A stretch of DNA of 40,697 nucleotides from a virus (IMGVR_UViG_2541047891_000003), one strand, 5' to 3'. Counted from the stretch's first letter, positions 25,468 to 36,633 are shown. Program-made: numbers and translations. The notes: generated by a model not told the origin, from the sequence alone.

Positions 25468-26172
25468 ATGTCCTCTAATTTTGAGCGTTCGCAACTGACG
25501 AAAATTATGATTTCGTCTGCACCGGTAACAGCAGAAACCCTGGATTCTGCCAGCTATCTTGGCCTGAGCTGTACAATCAAAGAGGTGCAGTTTACCGCAG
25601 GACAAAAGCAGGATATTGATGTCACCACGCTGTGTTCTGTTGAGCAGGAAAATATTAACGGTCTTGGTGCCGCGTCAGAGATTTCCATGTCAGGCAACTT
25701 TTACCTCAATGCTGCCCAGAACGCGTTGCGCAGTGCCTATGACAATGACACCACGTATGGCTTTAAAGTTATTTTTCCGTCAGGAAACGGATTTACCTTT
25801 ATGGCAGAGGTGCGTCAGCATACCTGGTCTGCAGGAACCAATGGTGTTGTGGCTGCAACGTTTTCCCTGCGCCTGAAAGGTAAACCTGTGCTGACGACAG
25901 AGCCGCTGAAAGTGAAGGTCGATTTAAACAGCACGCTGCAGGTTTCTGCCGGAGCGAAACTCGAAATGGTGGTTGAGGCTGCCGGTGGTGTGCCGCCTTA
26001 TTCTTATGTCTGGAAGAAAGGTAGTTCTCCTGTTTCCGGACAGACGGCGGCAACGTTCAGTAAGGCATCAGCAGCATCTGGTGATGCCGGTGCGTATACC
26101 TGCGAGATTTCTGATTCAGCAAGCCCGGTTAACAAAGTGACCTCCACTTCCTGCACTGTAACCGTCAGTTAA
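25468..26172 (+). CDS. V: Major tail protein (gpV-like) with C-terminal Ig-like domain
   Basis: ATG at 25468 with RBS CAGGAGACGAG upstream; C-terminal ~90 aa resembles a Big_2 Ig-like domain. Confidence 0.8.
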   Translation: MSSNFERSQLTKIMISSAPVTAETLDSASYLGLSCTIKEVQFTAGQKQDIDVTTLCSVEQENINGLGAASEISMSGNFYLNAAQNALRSAYDNDTTYGFKVIFPSGNGFTFMAEVRQHTWSAGTNGVVAATFSLRLKGKPVLTTEPLKVKVDLNSTLQVSAGAKLEMVVEAAGGVPPYSYVWKKGSSPVSGQTAATFSKASAASGDAGAYTCEISDSASPVNKVTSTSCTVTVS

Positions 26173-26558
26173 TGAGGATGGATGTGATGACTAAAAATAT
26201 CCGTAATCTGGCACTGGCAACGATGTCGGGGTTTCGCCATAAAACCGTTGATGTGCCTGAATGGGAGGGAGCAACGGTTGTATTACGGGAACCTTCTGCA
26301 GAAGCCTGGTTGCGCTGGCAGGAGATCGTTAAAGCCAGGGAAGATGATACATCGCCATCTGTTGCAGAGCGTGCCCGCCGAAATCTGGAGGCGGACGTTG
26401 AACTGTTCATTGATGTTCTGTGTGATACCGGACTGCAACCTGTATTTTCAGAGGATGATCGTGAACAGGTGATTGCCGTGTATGGCCCGGTGCATGCGCG
26501 GCTTCTTCGGCAGTCTCTGGAACTGATCAGTGATGCCGGAGAGGTTAAAAAAAAGTAG
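26172..26558 (+). CDS. G: Tail assembly chaperone G
   Basis: 128-aa ORF ending EVKKK-stop at a slippery A-rich run. Confidence 0.8.
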   Translation: MRMDVMTKNIRNLALATMSGFRHKTVDVPEWEGATVVLREPSAEAWLRWQEIVKAREDDTSPSVAERARRNLEADVELFIDVLCDTGLQPVFSEDDREQVIAVYGPVHARLLRQSLELISDAGEVKKK

Positions 26559-26860
26559 CGCTTCCGGGGATGCGTTTTCTGATGATGCTGGCGCTCAGGA
26601 TGGGGCGCACATTGTCAGAGTTACGCCGGGAAATGTCCGCATCAGAAATCATGATGTGGGCAGAATTTGACAGGTTCAGCCCGCTGGGAGACGAACGGGC
26701 TGATATCCGGGCTGCCCAGATTGTTTCAGCTGTTTACGGTGCGCAGGGGGTCAAAGTGCCACTGAATGATGCGCTTCTTCAGTGGGAGAAGGAGCAGACA
26801 GAAGGCGTATCAGATCCATTTGCCGGACTGGAAAACGCGCTTTTAATAGTGTCTCAGTGA
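26172..26860 (+). CDS. GT: Tail assembly chaperone G-T fusion made by programmed -1 ribosomal frameshift at A AAA AAG (26549-26555)
   Basis: Downstream ORF (to 26860) is in the -1 frame relative to G with no RBS of its own; slippery heptamer at the G 3' end. Confidence 0.7.
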
Positions 26861-26868
26861 GTCAACAT

Positions 26869-26891
26869 AACCGCTTCGGCGGTTTTTTTTT
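26869..26891 (+). terminator. Hairpin plus long T-run between T and the tape measure gene (CCGC-ttcg-GCGG then T9)
   Basis: Short GC stem with a 9-nt T-run; could equally be a regulatory or attenuating structure. Confidence 0.45.
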
Positions 26892-26901
26892 CGTCCGGAG
26901 A

Positions 26902-29900
26902 ATGAGTGTGGCGACATTACGTGAACTGATTATTAAAATCTCGGCAAATTCCCGGTCATTCCAGTCAGAGATCTCCCGGGCTTCGCGTATGGGGCAGGAT
27001 TACTACCGTACCATGCAGAACGGAGGCCGGCAGTCCGCTGCTGCATCCCGTGAAATGCGGCGTGCACTGGCAGAAGTGACGGATCAGATAAATACAGCTA
27101 AATCTTCGGCACTGAATATGGCGGGGGCATTTGCCGGGGCTTTTGCTACCGGTCATCTTATTTCTCTCGCCGATGAGTGGAATTCAGTAAATGCCCGTCT
27201 GAAGCAGGCCTCACAGTCCAGTGATGATTTTCAGGCATCACAGCGTGAATTAATGGCGATCAGCCAGAGAACGGGGACGGCGTTTTCTGATAACGCCAGC
27301 CTTTTTGCCCGTTCTGCAGCTTCCATGCGGGAGTATGGTTACAGTTCTGAGGAGGTACTGAAAGTCACCGAGGCGATCTCCACGGGCCTGAAATTATCCG
27401 GTGCCAGTACAGCAGAAGCCAGTTCGGTGATCACGCAGTTCAGTCAGGCACTGGCGCAGGGAGTGCTGCGCGGTGAAGAGTTTAACTCGGTGAATGAGAA
27501 CGGCGATCGTGTTATTCGTGCGCTGGCTGCGGGAATGGGGGTTGCCCGTAAGGATCTGAAGGCCATGGCGGATAACGGAAAGTTGACCGCCGATAAGGTT
27601 GTTCCTGCACTGATTAGTCAGCTTGGGGCATTACGTGATGAATATGCGGCAATGCCTGATACGGTTTCATCCTCTGCAACCAAAGTTGAAAACGCCTTTA
27701 TGGCCTGGGTTGGTGGTGCGAACGAGGCAAGCGGAGTGACGAAGACGCTCTCCGGTGTGCTGAATGGTATTGCAGGCAATATTGACACTGTGGCAACCGC
27801 TGCCGGTGCTCTGGTTGCCGTCGGGGTAGCCCGATATTTTGGCAATATGGCGTCTTCTGCTGGATCTGCAACTGCCGGATTAATTACTGCAGCCAGAAAC
27901 GAAGTGGCTCTTGCGGAAGCGCAGCTCCGGGGGACACAGATAGCAACAGCCAGGGCGCGTGCGGCGGTTTATCGTGCGCAACAGGCGGTTGTTGCTGCTC
28001 GCGGTACCGAAAGGCAGGCAGCCGCAGAAGCGAAACTGGCTGCTGCCCAGGCATCACTTACCCGTAATATTGCGGCCAGAACAGCAGCACAGACAACGCT
28101 GAATACTGTCACGTCAGTGGGAAGTCGTCTGTTAAGTGGAGCACTGGGACTGGTTGGTGGGGTGCCGGGGCTTGTCATGCTGGGGGCCGCGGCCTGGTAC
28201 ACGATGTATCAGAATCAGGAGCAGGCCAGAGAATCTGCACGCCAGTATGCCGCAACAATCGACGAAATTCGCCAGAAAACGTCGGCAATGTCGCTTCCTG
28301 AAGCGTCAGATAATGAGGAAAAGACGCGGCAGGCACTGGAGGAACAAAATCGCCTGATTAGCGAACAGGAAGGAAAAATTCGCGGACTGAAAAATCAAAT
28401 TGCTGATTATCAACGTTGGCTTGATGAAAGTTCGCAGAGTGGTTCGGGTGCTGAAATCATCCTTAAAGGGCTTGCCGAAGCAACAAATCAACTGGCAGTT
28501 GAACAATCCCGTCTCACTCAAATGCAGGGCAAAGCGCAATCTATTCAGGATGTGCTTGCCGGGCTGGAGGAGCGACGGGTGGCGTTGATCCGTCAACAGG
28601 CGGCGGAACAAAACAAAGCGTATCAGTCCCTGTTGATCATGAATGGGCAGCATACCGAGTTTAATCGCCTTCTTGGGCTTGGTAATGAATTACTTCAGCA
28701 GCGACAGGGGCTGGTGAATGTACCGTTACGGCTACCACAGGCAACCCTGGATGATAAACAGCAGACCGCACTGAATAACAGCAAGCGCGAACTGGCTCTG
28801 TCCCGCCTTAAGGGGGAAGCGCGTGAGCGTGCCCGACTGGGCTATGCTGCGGATGATCTCGGCTTTGTGGGAGAGGCGTATCAGACAGCCAGACAGAATT
28901 ATATCAATAACTCACTGGATGCCTGGCGAAATAACCAGGCAAATAAACCCAAAACGCATAAAAAGACCGAAGCGGAAAAAACAGAAGATATTTATAAACG
29001 GCTGATTAAACAGCAAAAAGAACAGATAGCACTGGCAGGGCAGAATACTGAACTGGCTAAGATGAAATATCAGGTCAGTCAGGGCGAATTATCAACCTTA
29101 TCAGAAGCGCAGAAACAAACCCTTTTACAGAATGCAGCACTCATCGACCAGAAAAAAATTCGTGAGCAAATTGCTGCTTATGAAAGCAGCCTGGCGGACA
29201 GTAACGCCAGTGTCAGGGCATCAAATGAGGCTCAGTTGTTAGGGTATGGAGACGGAACACGAATACGTGAGCGGCTTCAGGAAATGTGGAACATCCGACA
29301 GGAGTTTGAGCAGAAAAATAATGAGTTGCTGAGACAGTACCAGACCGGAGAAATCGAAGAAGCCCTGTGGAAACAGGAAAAAACGCTGAATGAAAAATAT
29401 CTGGAGGAGCGTCTCAACGATCAGCAGGATTATTATGCAAAGGCCGATGCTTTACGCAGTAACTGGAATGCCGGGCTCAAAGAGGGGCTGACGAACTGGG
29501 CAGACAGTGCCACTGATTATGCTTCACAAGCGGCAGATGCGGTCGTTTCCACTATGGATGGTCTGGTTTCAAATATTTCTGAGGCACTGGCCGGAAACGT
29601 TGTGGACTGGAGAAACTGGGGGAGTTCGATCCTTCAGGAAGTTTCAAAAATCCTGATGAACGCGGCAATTGTTAACGGGCTGAAATCACTCTCCGGGACA
29701 ATGTCGGGAGCGGGGGGATGGATTGGTAGTGTTGGCGACTGGCTTTCCGGTGCAGTAGCGAACGCAAAAGGCGGTGTTTACACATCGGCAAATCTGAGTG
29801 CTTACAGTAACACCATTGTGGACACGCCGACGTACTTTGCTTTTGCGAAAGGTGCCGGGCTGATGGGGGAAGCCGGACCTGAAGCTATCATGCCGCTTAC

Positions 29901-30120
29901 GCGGGCAGCGGACGGTTCTCTTGGGGTCAGGGCTATTGGCAATGTGAATGGTGGTGGCGGATTTGTCTATTCTCCCGTGTATCACATCAATATTCAGAAT
30001 AAAGGGAGCAATGGCGAGATTGATACGCAGTCAGCCAGGGGGCTGGTGGATCTGATCGACAGCAGGGTTGTGTCAATTATGCAGTCATCACGTCGGGACG
30101 GAGGATTATGCAGTGCCTGA
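26902..30120 (+). CDS. H: Tail tape measure protein (gpH-like)
   Basis: About 1070-aa Ala/Gln-rich coiled-coil protein; ATG at 26902; the track ORF start at 26782 overlaps the T frame. Confidence 0.85.
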   Translation: MSVATLRELIIKISANSRSFQSEISRASRMGQDYYRTMQNGGRQSAAASREMRRALAEVTDQINTAKSSALNMAGAFAGAFATGHLISLADEWNSVNARLKQASQSSDDFQASQRELMAISQRTGTAFSDNASLFARSAASMREYGYSSEEVLKVTEAISTGLKLSGASTAEASSVITQFSQALAQGVLRGEEFNSVNENGDRVIRALAAGMGVARKDLKAMADNGKLTADKVVPALISQLGALRDEYAAMPDTVSSSATKVENAFMAWVGGANEASGVTKTLSGVLNGIAGNIDTVATAAGALVAVGVARYFGNMASSAGSATAGLITAARNEVALAEAQLRGTQIATARARAAVYRAQQAVVAARGTERQAAAEAKLAAAQASLTRNIAARTAAQTTLNTVTSVGSRLLSGALGLVGGVPGLVMLGAAAWYTMYQNQEQARESARQYAATIDEIRQKTSAMSLPEASDNEEKTRQALEEQNRLISEQEGKIRGLKNQIADYQRWLDESSQSGSGAEIILKGLAEATNQLAVEQSRLTQMQGKAQSIQDVLAGLEERRVALIRQQAAEQNKAYQSLLIMNGQHTEFNRLLGLGNELLQQRQGLVNVPLRLPQATLDDKQQTALNNSKRELALSRLKGEARERARLGYAADDLGFVGEAYQTARQNYINNSLDAWRNNQANKPKTHKKTEAEKTEDIYKRLIKQQKEQIALAGQNTELAKMKYQVSQGELSTLSEAQKQTLLQNAALIDQKKIREQIAAYESSLADSNASVRASNEAQLLGYGDGTRIRERLQEMWNIRQEFEQKNNELLRQYQTGEIEEALWKQEKTLNEKYLEERLNDQQDYYAKADALRSNWNAGLKEGLTNWADSATDYASQAADAVVSTMDGLVSNISEALAGNVVDWRNWGSSILQEVSKILMNAAIVNGLKSLSGTMSGAGGWIGSVGDWLSGAVANAKGGVYTSANLSAYSNTIVDTPTYFAFAKGAGLMGEAGPEAIMPLTRAADGSLGVRAIGNVNGGGGFVYSPVYHINIQNKGSNGEIDTQSARGLVDLIDSRVVSIMQSSRRDGGLCSA

Positions 30121-30454
30121 ACCTGAAGTTTTTAACTGGATCCCCCGCGAGGGGATGGAGACGACACGAAAGCCATCTGTTATTACAGTAAAGTTCGGTG
30201 ACGGATATGAACAGCGACGGGCTGGTGGTCTGAATGCGGATCTGAAAACCTTTAAACCGGTATTTCGTGTCACAGATGAATATTCCCGCGCCGCGCTGGA
30301 CAGTTTTTTATCCCGTCATGCCGGGATGCGTGCTTTTTTGTGGCGCCCGCCAAAACACAACAGGACTGTCAGGGTTGTCTGCAGGGAGTGGAGTACTTCG
30401 GATAATGCCATGTATACCGATTTTAACTGTACCTTTGAAGAGGTCACTCACTGA
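30113..30454 (+). CDS. M: Minor tail protein M
   Basis: Similar to lambda gpM (VRFGDGYSQR-like motif); GTG at 30113 with GGAGG 9 nt upstream; ATG at 30155 is the alternative start. Confidence 0.8.
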   Translation: MPEPEVFNWIPREGMETTRKPSVITVKFGDGYEQRRAGGLNADLKTFKPVFRVTDEYSRAALDSFLSRHAGMRAFLWRPPKHNRTVRVVCREWSTSDNAMYTDFNCTFEEVTH

Positions 30455-31152
30455 TGCAGGATATACAACAGGAAACACTGAATGAGTGTACAAAAGCGGA
30501 GCAATCCGCACTGGTCGTGCTCTGGGAAGTCGATCTGACAGAAGTCGGTGGCGAGCGTTATTTTTTCTGTAATGAGCAGAACGAAAAAGGTGAGTCAGTC
30601 ACCTGGCAGGGGCGGCAGTATCAGGCGTATCCCATTCAGGGGAGCGGATTTGAGATGAACGGCAAAGGAGCCAGTGCCAGACCAACACTGAAAGTATCTA
30701 ATCTGCACGGTATGGTCACCGGTATGGCGGAAGATCTGCAGAGTCTGGTCGGCGGAACGGTGGTCCGGCGTAAGGTTTACGCCCGTTTTCTGGATGCGGT
30801 GAACTTCGTCAACGGAAACAGCGACGCCGATCCGGAGCAGGAGGTGATCAGTCGCTGGCGCATCGAGCAGTGCAGCGAACTGAGCGCGGTCAGTGCCTCC
30901 TTTGTACTGTCCACGCCGACGGAAACGGACGGCGCTGTTTTTCCGGGACGTATCATGCTGGCCAACACCTGCACCTGGACCTATCGCGGTGATGAGTGCG
31001 GTTATAACGGTCCGGCTGTCGCGGATGAATATGACCAGCCGACGTCCGATATCACGAAGGATAAATGCAGCAAATGCCTAAGCGGCTGTAAGTTTCGCAA
31101 TAACGTCGGCAACTTTGGAGGCTTCCTTTCCATTAACAAACTTTCGCAGTAA
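30454..31152 (+). CDS. L: Minor tail protein L
   Basis: 232-aa ORF matching lambda gpL by order and sequence recall. Confidence 0.85.
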   Translation: MQDIQQETLNECTKAEQSALVVLWEVDLTEVGGERYFFCNEQNEKGESVTWQGRQYQAYPIQGSGFEMNGKGASARPTLKVSNLHGMVTGMAEDLQSLVGGTVVRRKVYARFLDAVNFVNGNSDADPEQEVISRWRIEQCSELSAVSASFVLSTPTETDGAVFPGRIMLANTCTWTYRGDECGYNGPAVADEYDQPTSDITKDKCSKCLSGCKFRNNVGNFGGFLSINKLSQ

Positions 31153-31157
31153 ATCCC

Positions 31158-31901
31158 ATGACAGAGACAGAATCAGCGATTCTGGCGCACGCCCGGCGAT
31201 GTGCGCCAGCGGAGTCGTGCGGCTTCGTGGTGAGAACGCCGGAGGGGGAAAGATATTTTCCCTGCGTGAATATCTCCGGTGAGCCGGAGGATTATTTCCG
31301 GATGTCGCCGGAGGACTGGCTGCAGGCAGAAATGCAGGGTGAGATTGTGGCGCTGGTCCACAGTCATCCCGGTGGTCTGCCCTGGCTGAGTGAGGCTGAC
31401 CGACGGCTGCAGGTGCAGAGTGATTTGCCATGGTGGCTGGTCTGCCGGGGGGCGATTCATAAGTTCCGCTGTGTGCCGCATCTCACCGGGCGGCGCTTTG
31501 AGCACGGGGTGACGGACTGTTACACGCTGTTCCGGGATGCTTACCATCTGGCGGGGATTGAGATGCCGGATTTTCATCGCGGGGATGACTGGTGGCGTAA
31601 CGGTCAGAATCTCTATCTTGACAATATGGAGGCAACGGGTTTTTACCGTGTCGCACTGACAGAGACGCAGCCGGGCGATGTGCTGCTGTGCTGCTTTGGT
31701 TCATCGGTGCCGAATCATGCCGCCATTTACTGTGGTGACGGCGAGCTGCTGCACCATATTCCTGAACAACTGAGCAAACGAGAGAGGTATACCGACAAAT
31801 GGCAGCGACGCACACACTCCCTCTGGCGTCACCAGGCATGGCTCGCATCTGCCTTTACGGGGATTTACAACGATTTGGCCGCCGTATCGACCTTCGTGTG
31901 A
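31158..31901 (+). CDS. K: Tail assembly protein K (MPN/JAB plus NlpC/P60 domains)
   Basis: 247-aa ORF; HSHP motif for the JAB domain and a Cys/His NlpC/P60-like region. Confidence 0.85.
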   Translation: MTETESAILAHARRCAPAESCGFVVRTPEGERYFPCVNISGEPEDYFRMSPEDWLQAEMQGEIVALVHSHPGGLPWLSEADRRLQVQSDLPWWLVCRGAIHKFRCVPHLTGRRFEHGVTDCYTLFRDAYHLAGIEMPDFHRGDDWWRNGQNLYLDNMEATGFYRVALTETQPGDVLLCCFGSSVPNHAAIYCGDGELLHHIPEQLSKRERYTDKWQRRTHSLWRHQAWLASAFTGIYNDLAAVSTFV

Positions 31902-32446
31902 AAACGGGAGCCGAAGCTATCCGGGCACTGGCCACACAGCTCCCGGCGTTTCGTCAGAAACTGAATGACGGCTGGTATCAGGTGCGCATTGCCGGGCGTG
32001 ATGCAGGCGAAAACGAATTATCTGCCCGTCTTAATGAATCGCTGGCAAATGGTGCCGTGATCCACATCGTGCCGCGTCTGGCGGGAGCTAAAAGTGGCGG
32101 TGTGTTTCAGGTGGTGCTGGGGGCGGCGCTGATTGCGGTGGCATGGTGGAACCCTGTGGGCTGGCTGGGTGCCGCGGCTGTATCGGGCATGTATGCGGCA
32201 GGGGCCAGTATGATCCTGGGCGGTGTGGCGCAGATGCTGGCACCGAAAGTCAGAACTCCCCGCACACAGACAACGGATAACGGCAAACAGAACACGTATT
32301 TCTCCTCGCTGGATAACATGGTTGCCCAGGGGAATGTTCTGCCCGTTCTGTACGGTGAAATGCGCGTGGGGTCACGCGTGGTATCTCAGGAGATCAGCAC
32401 GGCAGACGAAGGGGATGGTGGTCAGGTTGTGGTGATTGGTCGATGA
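31799..32446 (+). CDS. I: Tail assembly protein I
   Basis: MAATHTLPLASPGMARICLYGDLQRFGRRIDLRV... is nearly identical to lambda gpI as I recall it. Confidence 0.85.
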   Translation: MAATHTLPLASPGMARICLYGDLQRFGRRIDLRVKTGAEAIRALATQLPAFRQKLNDGWYQVRIAGRDAGENELSARLNESLANGAVIHIVPRLAGAKSGGVFQVVLGAALIAVAWWNPVGWLGAAAVSGMYAAGASMILGGVAQMLAPKVRTPRTQTTDNGKQNTYFSSLDNMVAQGNVLPVLYGEMRVGSRVVSQEISTADEGDGGQVVVIGR

Positions 32447-32506
32447 TGCAAAATATTTTATGTGAAACCGCCTCCGGGCGGTTTTGTCGTTTATGGAGCA
32501 TGACGA

Positions 32507-35500
32507 ATGGGTAAAGGCAGCAGTAAGGGGCATACCCCGCGCGAAGCGAAGGACAACCTCAAATCCACGCAGTTGCTGAGTGTGATCGATGCCATCAGTG
32601 AAGGGCCGGTTGAAGGTCCGGTGGATGGCTTAAAAAGCGTGCTGCTGAACAGTACACCGGTGCTGGACAGTGAGGGGAATACCAACATCTCCGGCGTCAC
32701 GGTGGTGTTCCGGGCAGGTGAGCAGGAGCAGACTCCGCCGGAGGGATTTGAATCCTCAGGCTCCGAGACGGTGCTGGGTACGGAAGTGAAATATGACACG
32801 CCGATCACCCGGACCATCACGTCGGCAAACATCGACCGTCTGCGCTTTACCTTCGGTGTGCAGGCTCTGGTGGAAACCACCTCAAAGGGGGACAGGAATC
32901 CGTCGGAAGTCCGCCTGCTGGTTCAGATACAGCGTAACGGTGGCTGGGTGACGGAAAAAGACATCACCATTAAGGGCAAAACCACCTCGCAGTATCTGGC
33001 CTCGGTGGTGGTGGGTAACCTGCCGCCGCGCCCGTTCAATATCCGGATGCGCAGGATGACGCCGGACAGCACCACAGACCAGCTGCAGAACAAAACGCTC
33101 TGGTCGTCATACACCGAAATCATCGATGTGAAACAGTGCTACCCGAACACGGCACTGGTCGGCGTGCAGGTGGACTCGGAGCAGTTCGGCAGCCAGCAGG
33201 TGAGCCGTAATTATCATCTTCGCGGGCGCATTCTGCAGGTGCCGTCGAACTATAACCCGCAGACGCGGCAATACAGCGGTATCTGGGACGGAACGTTTAA
33301 GCCAGCATACAGCAACAACATGGCCTGGTGTCTGTGGGATATGCTGACCCACCCGCGCTACGGCATGGGGAAACGTCTTGGTGCGGCGGATGTGGACAAA
33401 TGGGCGCTGTATGTCATCGGCCAGAATTGTGACCAGTCGGTGCCGGACGGCTTTGGTGGCACGGAGCCGCGCATCACCTGTAATGCCTACCTGACCACAC
33501 AGCGTAAGGCGTGGGATGTTCTCAGTGATTTCTGCTCGGCGATGCGCTGTATGCCGGTATGGAACGGGCAGACGCTGACGTTCGTGCAGGACCGACCGTC
33601 GGATAAGGTGTGGACCTATAACCGCAGTAATGTGGTGATGCCGGATGATGGCGCGCCGTTCCGCTACAGCTTCAGCGCCCTGAAAGACCGCCATAATGCC
33701 GTTGAGGTGAACTGGATTGACCCGAACAACGGCTGGGAGACGGCGACAGAGCTTGTGGAGGATACGCAGGCCATTGCCCGTTACGGTCGTAACGTCACGA
33801 AGATGGATGCTTTTGGTTGTACCAGCCGGGGGCAGGCACACCGCGCCGGGCTGTGGCTGATTAAAACAGAACTGCTGGAAACGCAGACCGTGGACTTCAG
33901 CGTGGGCGCAGAAGGGCTTCGCCATGTACCGGGCGATGTCATTGAAATCTGTGATGATGACTATGCCGGTATCAGCACCGGTGGTCGCGTGCTGGCGGTG
34001 AACAGCCAGACCCGGACGCTGACGCTCGACCGTGAAATCACGCTGCCATCCTCCGGTACCACGCTGATAAGCCTGGTTGACGGAAGTGGTAATCCGGTCA
34101 GCGTGGAGGTTCAGTCCGTCACCGACGGACTTAAGGTGAAAGTGAACCGTGTTCCTGACGGCGTTGCAGAATACAGTGTGTGGGGGCTGAAGTTGCCGAC
34201 GTTGCGTCAGCGCCTGTTCCGCTGTGTGAGTATCCGTGAGAACGATGACGGCACGTATGCCATCACTGCCGTGCAGCATGTACCGGAAAAAGAAGCCATC
34301 GTGGATAACGGGGCGCACTTTGACGGCGACCAGAGCGGCACGGTGAATGGTGTCACGCCGCCAGCGGTGCAGCACCTGACCGCCGAAGTCACCGCAGACA
34401 GCGGGGAATATCAGGTGCTGGCGCGCTGGGACACGCCGAAGGTGGTGAAGGGCGTGAGCTTCCTGCTCCGTCTGACCGTAACAGCGGATGACGGCAGTGA
34501 GCGGCTGGTCAGCACGGCCCGGACGACGGAAACCACATACCGATTCACGCAACTGGCGCTGGGGAACTACAGGCTGACAGTCCGGGCGGTAAATGCGTGG
34601 GGGCAGCAGGGCGATCCGACGTCGGTATCGTTCCGGATTGCCGCACCGGCAGCACCGTCGAGGATTGAGCTGACGCCGGGCTATTTTCAGATAACCGCCA
34701 CGCCGCATCTTGCCGTTTATGACCCGACGGTACAGTTTGAGTTCTGGTTCTCGGAAAAGCGGATTACCGATATCAGGCAGGTTGAAACCACAGCCCGCTA
34801 TCTTGGTACGGCGCTGTACTGGATAGCCGCCAGTATCAATATCAAACCGGGCCATGATTATTACTTTTATATCCGCAGTGTGAACACCGTTGGCAAATCG
34901 GCATTCGTGGAGGCCGTCGGTCGGGCGAGCGATGATGCGGAAGGTTACCTGGATTTTTTCAAAGGCAAGATAACCGAATCCCATCTCGGCAAGGAGCTGC
35001 TGGAAAAAGTCGAGCTGACGGAGGATAACGCCAGCAAACTGGAGGAGTTTTCGAAAGAGTGGAAGGACGCCAACGATAAATGGAATGCCATGTGGGGCGT
35101 CAAAATTGAGCAGACCGAAGACGGCAGGCATTATGTCGCGGGGCTTGGCCTCAGCATGGAGGATACGGAGGAAGGCAAACTGAGCCAGTTCCTGGTTGCC
35201 GCTAACCGTATCGCGTTTATTGATCCGTCTAATGGCAACACGCGACCAATGTTTGTTGGTCAGGGCGATCAGATATTCATGAACGACGTGTTCCTGAAGC
35301 GTCTGACGGCCCCGACCATCACCAGCGGCGGTAATCCTCCTGCATTTTCCCTGACGCCGGACGGGCGGCTGACGGCGAAAAATGCCGATATCAGCGGTAA
35401 CGTGAATGCGAACTCCGGGACGCTCAACAACGTCACGATTAACGAGAACTGTCGGGTTCTGGGAAAACTGTCCGCGAACCAGATTGAAGGCGATCTCGTT

Positions 35501-35902
35501 AAAACAGTGGGCAAAGCTTTCCCCCGGGACTCCCGTGCTCCGGAGCGGTGGCCATCAGGGACCATTACCGTCAGGGTTTATGACGATCAGCCGTTTGACC
35601 GGCAAATTGTTATTCCAGCGGTGGCTTTCAGCGGCGCCAGACATGAGCGGGAGAATAGCGATACTTATTCGTCATGTCGCCTGATAGTGAAGAAAAACGG
35701 GGCTGAAATTTATAACCGAACGGCTCTGGATAATACTCTGATTTACACAGGTGTTATTGATATGCCTGCAGGCAGTGGCGTAATGACACTGGAGTTTTCT
35801 GTATCAGCATGGTGGGTAAATAACTGGTATCCCACAGCAAGTATCAGCGATTTGCTGGTTGTTGTGATGAAGAAAGCTACTGCAGGCATCACGATTAGCT
35901 GA
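32507..35902 (+). CDS. J: Host specificity protein J (central tail fibre)
   Basis: 1131-aa ORF, very close to lambda gpJ through most of its length by recall. Confidence 0.9.
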   Translation: MGKGSSKGHTPREAKDNLKSTQLLSVIDAISEGPVEGPVDGLKSVLLNSTPVLDSEGNTNISGVTVVFRAGEQEQTPPEGFESSGSETVLGTEVKYDTPITRTITSANIDRLRFTFGVQALVETTSKGDRNPSEVRLLVQIQRNGGWVTEKDITIKGKTTSQYLASVVVGNLPPRPFNIRMRRMTPDSTTDQLQNKTLWSSYTEIIDVKQCYPNTALVGVQVDSEQFGSQQVSRNYHLRGRILQVPSNYNPQTRQYSGIWDGTFKPAYSNNMAWCLWDMLTHPRYGMGKRLGAADVDKWALYVIGQNCDQSVPDGFGGTEPRITCNAYLTTQRKAWDVLSDFCSAMRCMPVWNGQTLTFVQDRPSDKVWTYNRSNVVMPDDGAPFRYSFSALKDRHNAVEVNWIDPNNGWETATELVEDTQAIARYGRNVTKMDAFGCTSRGQAHRAGLWLIKTELLETQTVDFSVGAEGLRHVPGDVIEICDDDYAGISTGGRVLAVNSQTRTLTLDREITLPSSGTTLISLVDGSGNPVSVEVQSVTDGLKVKVNRVPDGVAEYSVWGLKLPTLRQRLFRCVSIRENDDGTYAITAVQHVPEKEAIVDNGAHFDGDQSGTVNGVTPPAVQHLTAEVTADSGEYQVLARWDTPKVVKGVSFLLRLTVTADDGSERLVSTARTTETTYRFTQLALGNYRLTVRAVNAWGQQGDPTSVSFRIAAPAAPSRIELTPGYFQITATPHLAVYDPTVQFEFWFSEKRITDIRQVETTARYLGTALYWIAASINIKPGHDYYFYIRSVNTVGKSAFVEAVGRASDDAEGYLDFFKGKITESHLGKELLEKVELTEDNASKLEEFSKEWKDANDKWNAMWGVKIEQTEDGRHYVAGLGLSMEDTEEGKLSQFLVAANRIAFIDPSNGNTRPMFVGQGDQIFMNDVFLKRLTAPTITSGGNPPAFSLTPDGRLTAKNADISGNVNANSGTLNNVTINENCRVLGKLSANQIEGDLVKTVGKAFPRDSRAPERWPSGTITVRVYDDQPFDRQIVIPAVAFSGARHERENSDTYSSCRLIVKKNGAEIYNRTALDNTLIYTGVIDMPAGSGVMTLEFSVSAWWVNNWYPTASISDLLVVVMKKATAGITIS

Positions 35903-35921
35903 ATTTTATAACCCAGATACG

Positions 35922-35946
35922 GGCGCCAGAAATGGCGCCTTTTTTA
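35922..35946 (+). terminator. Rho-independent terminator after J (GGCGCC-agaaat-GGCGCC then TTTTTT)
   Basis: Perfect 6-bp GC stem followed by a T-run. Confidence 0.7.
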
Positions 35947-35969
35947 TTGCAGAAAAGCGAGAGGTAATT

Positions 35970-36569
35970 ATGCGTAAATTATGTGCTGTTATTCTGTCCG
36001 CAGTAGTCTGGCTGGTTGCCGCTGGTACGCCAGCGAGCGCAGCAGAGCATCAGTCCACACTAAGCGCCGGGTATCTTCAGACCCATACTGATATGCCAGG
36101 CAGCGATGACCTGAAGGGCATTAACGTGAAATACCGTTATGAGTTTACGGACACGCTGGGGCTGGTGACGTCATTCAGTTATGCCAATGCCAAAGATGAG
36201 CAAAAAACGCATTACAGCGATACCCGCTGGCATGAAGATTCAGTGCGTAATCGCTGGTTCAGCGTGATGGCGGGGCCGTCTGTACGCGTGAATGAATGGT
36301 TCAGTGCTTATGCGATGGCGGGTGTGGCTTACAGCCGTGTTTCGACTTTCTCCGGGGATTATCTCCGCGTAACTGACAACAAGGGGAAAACGCACGATGT
36401 GCTGACCGTAAGTGATGACGGTCGCCACAGCAACACGTCTCTGGCATGGGGGGCTGGCGTGCAGTTTAACCCGACCGAATCCGTGGCCATTGACCTTGCT
36501 TATGAAGGTTCCGGCAGTGGCGACTGGCGCACTGAAGGTTTCATCGTGGGTGTCGGTTATAAATTCTGA
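35970..36569 (+). CDS. lom: Lom outer-membrane protein (Ail/PagC family beta-barrel)
   Basis: 199-aa ORF with a signal peptide, near-identical to lambda Lom by recall; ends in aromatic F. Confidence 0.9.
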   Translation: MRKLCAVILSAVVWLVAAGTPASAAEHQSTLSAGYLQTHTDMPGSDDLKGINVKYRYEFTDTLGLVTSFSYANAKDEQKTHYSDTRWHEDSVRNRWFSVMAGPSVRVNEWFSAYAMAGVAYSRVSTFSGDYLRVTDNKGKTHDVLTVSDDGRHSNTSLAWGAGVQFNPTESVAIDLAYEGSGSGDWRTEGFIVGVGYKF

Positions 36570-36596
36570 TTAGCCAGGTAACACAGTGTTATGACA

Positions 36597-36622
36597 GCCC
36601 GCAGATTCTGGCGGGCTTTTTT
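36597..36622 (+). terminator. Rho-independent terminator after lom (GCCCGC-agattctg-GCGGGC then TTTTTT)
   Basis: 6-bp GC stem followed by a T-run. Confidence 0.7.
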
Positions 36623-36633
36623 GTGGAGTGGAT

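Noticed and set aside
33107-35131. 674-aa minus-strand ORF inside the J gene
   Set aside because: It lies entirely antisense to a confidently identified, highly conserved gene; it is Arg/Pro/His-rich and typical of a spurious open frame in GC-rich coding DNA.
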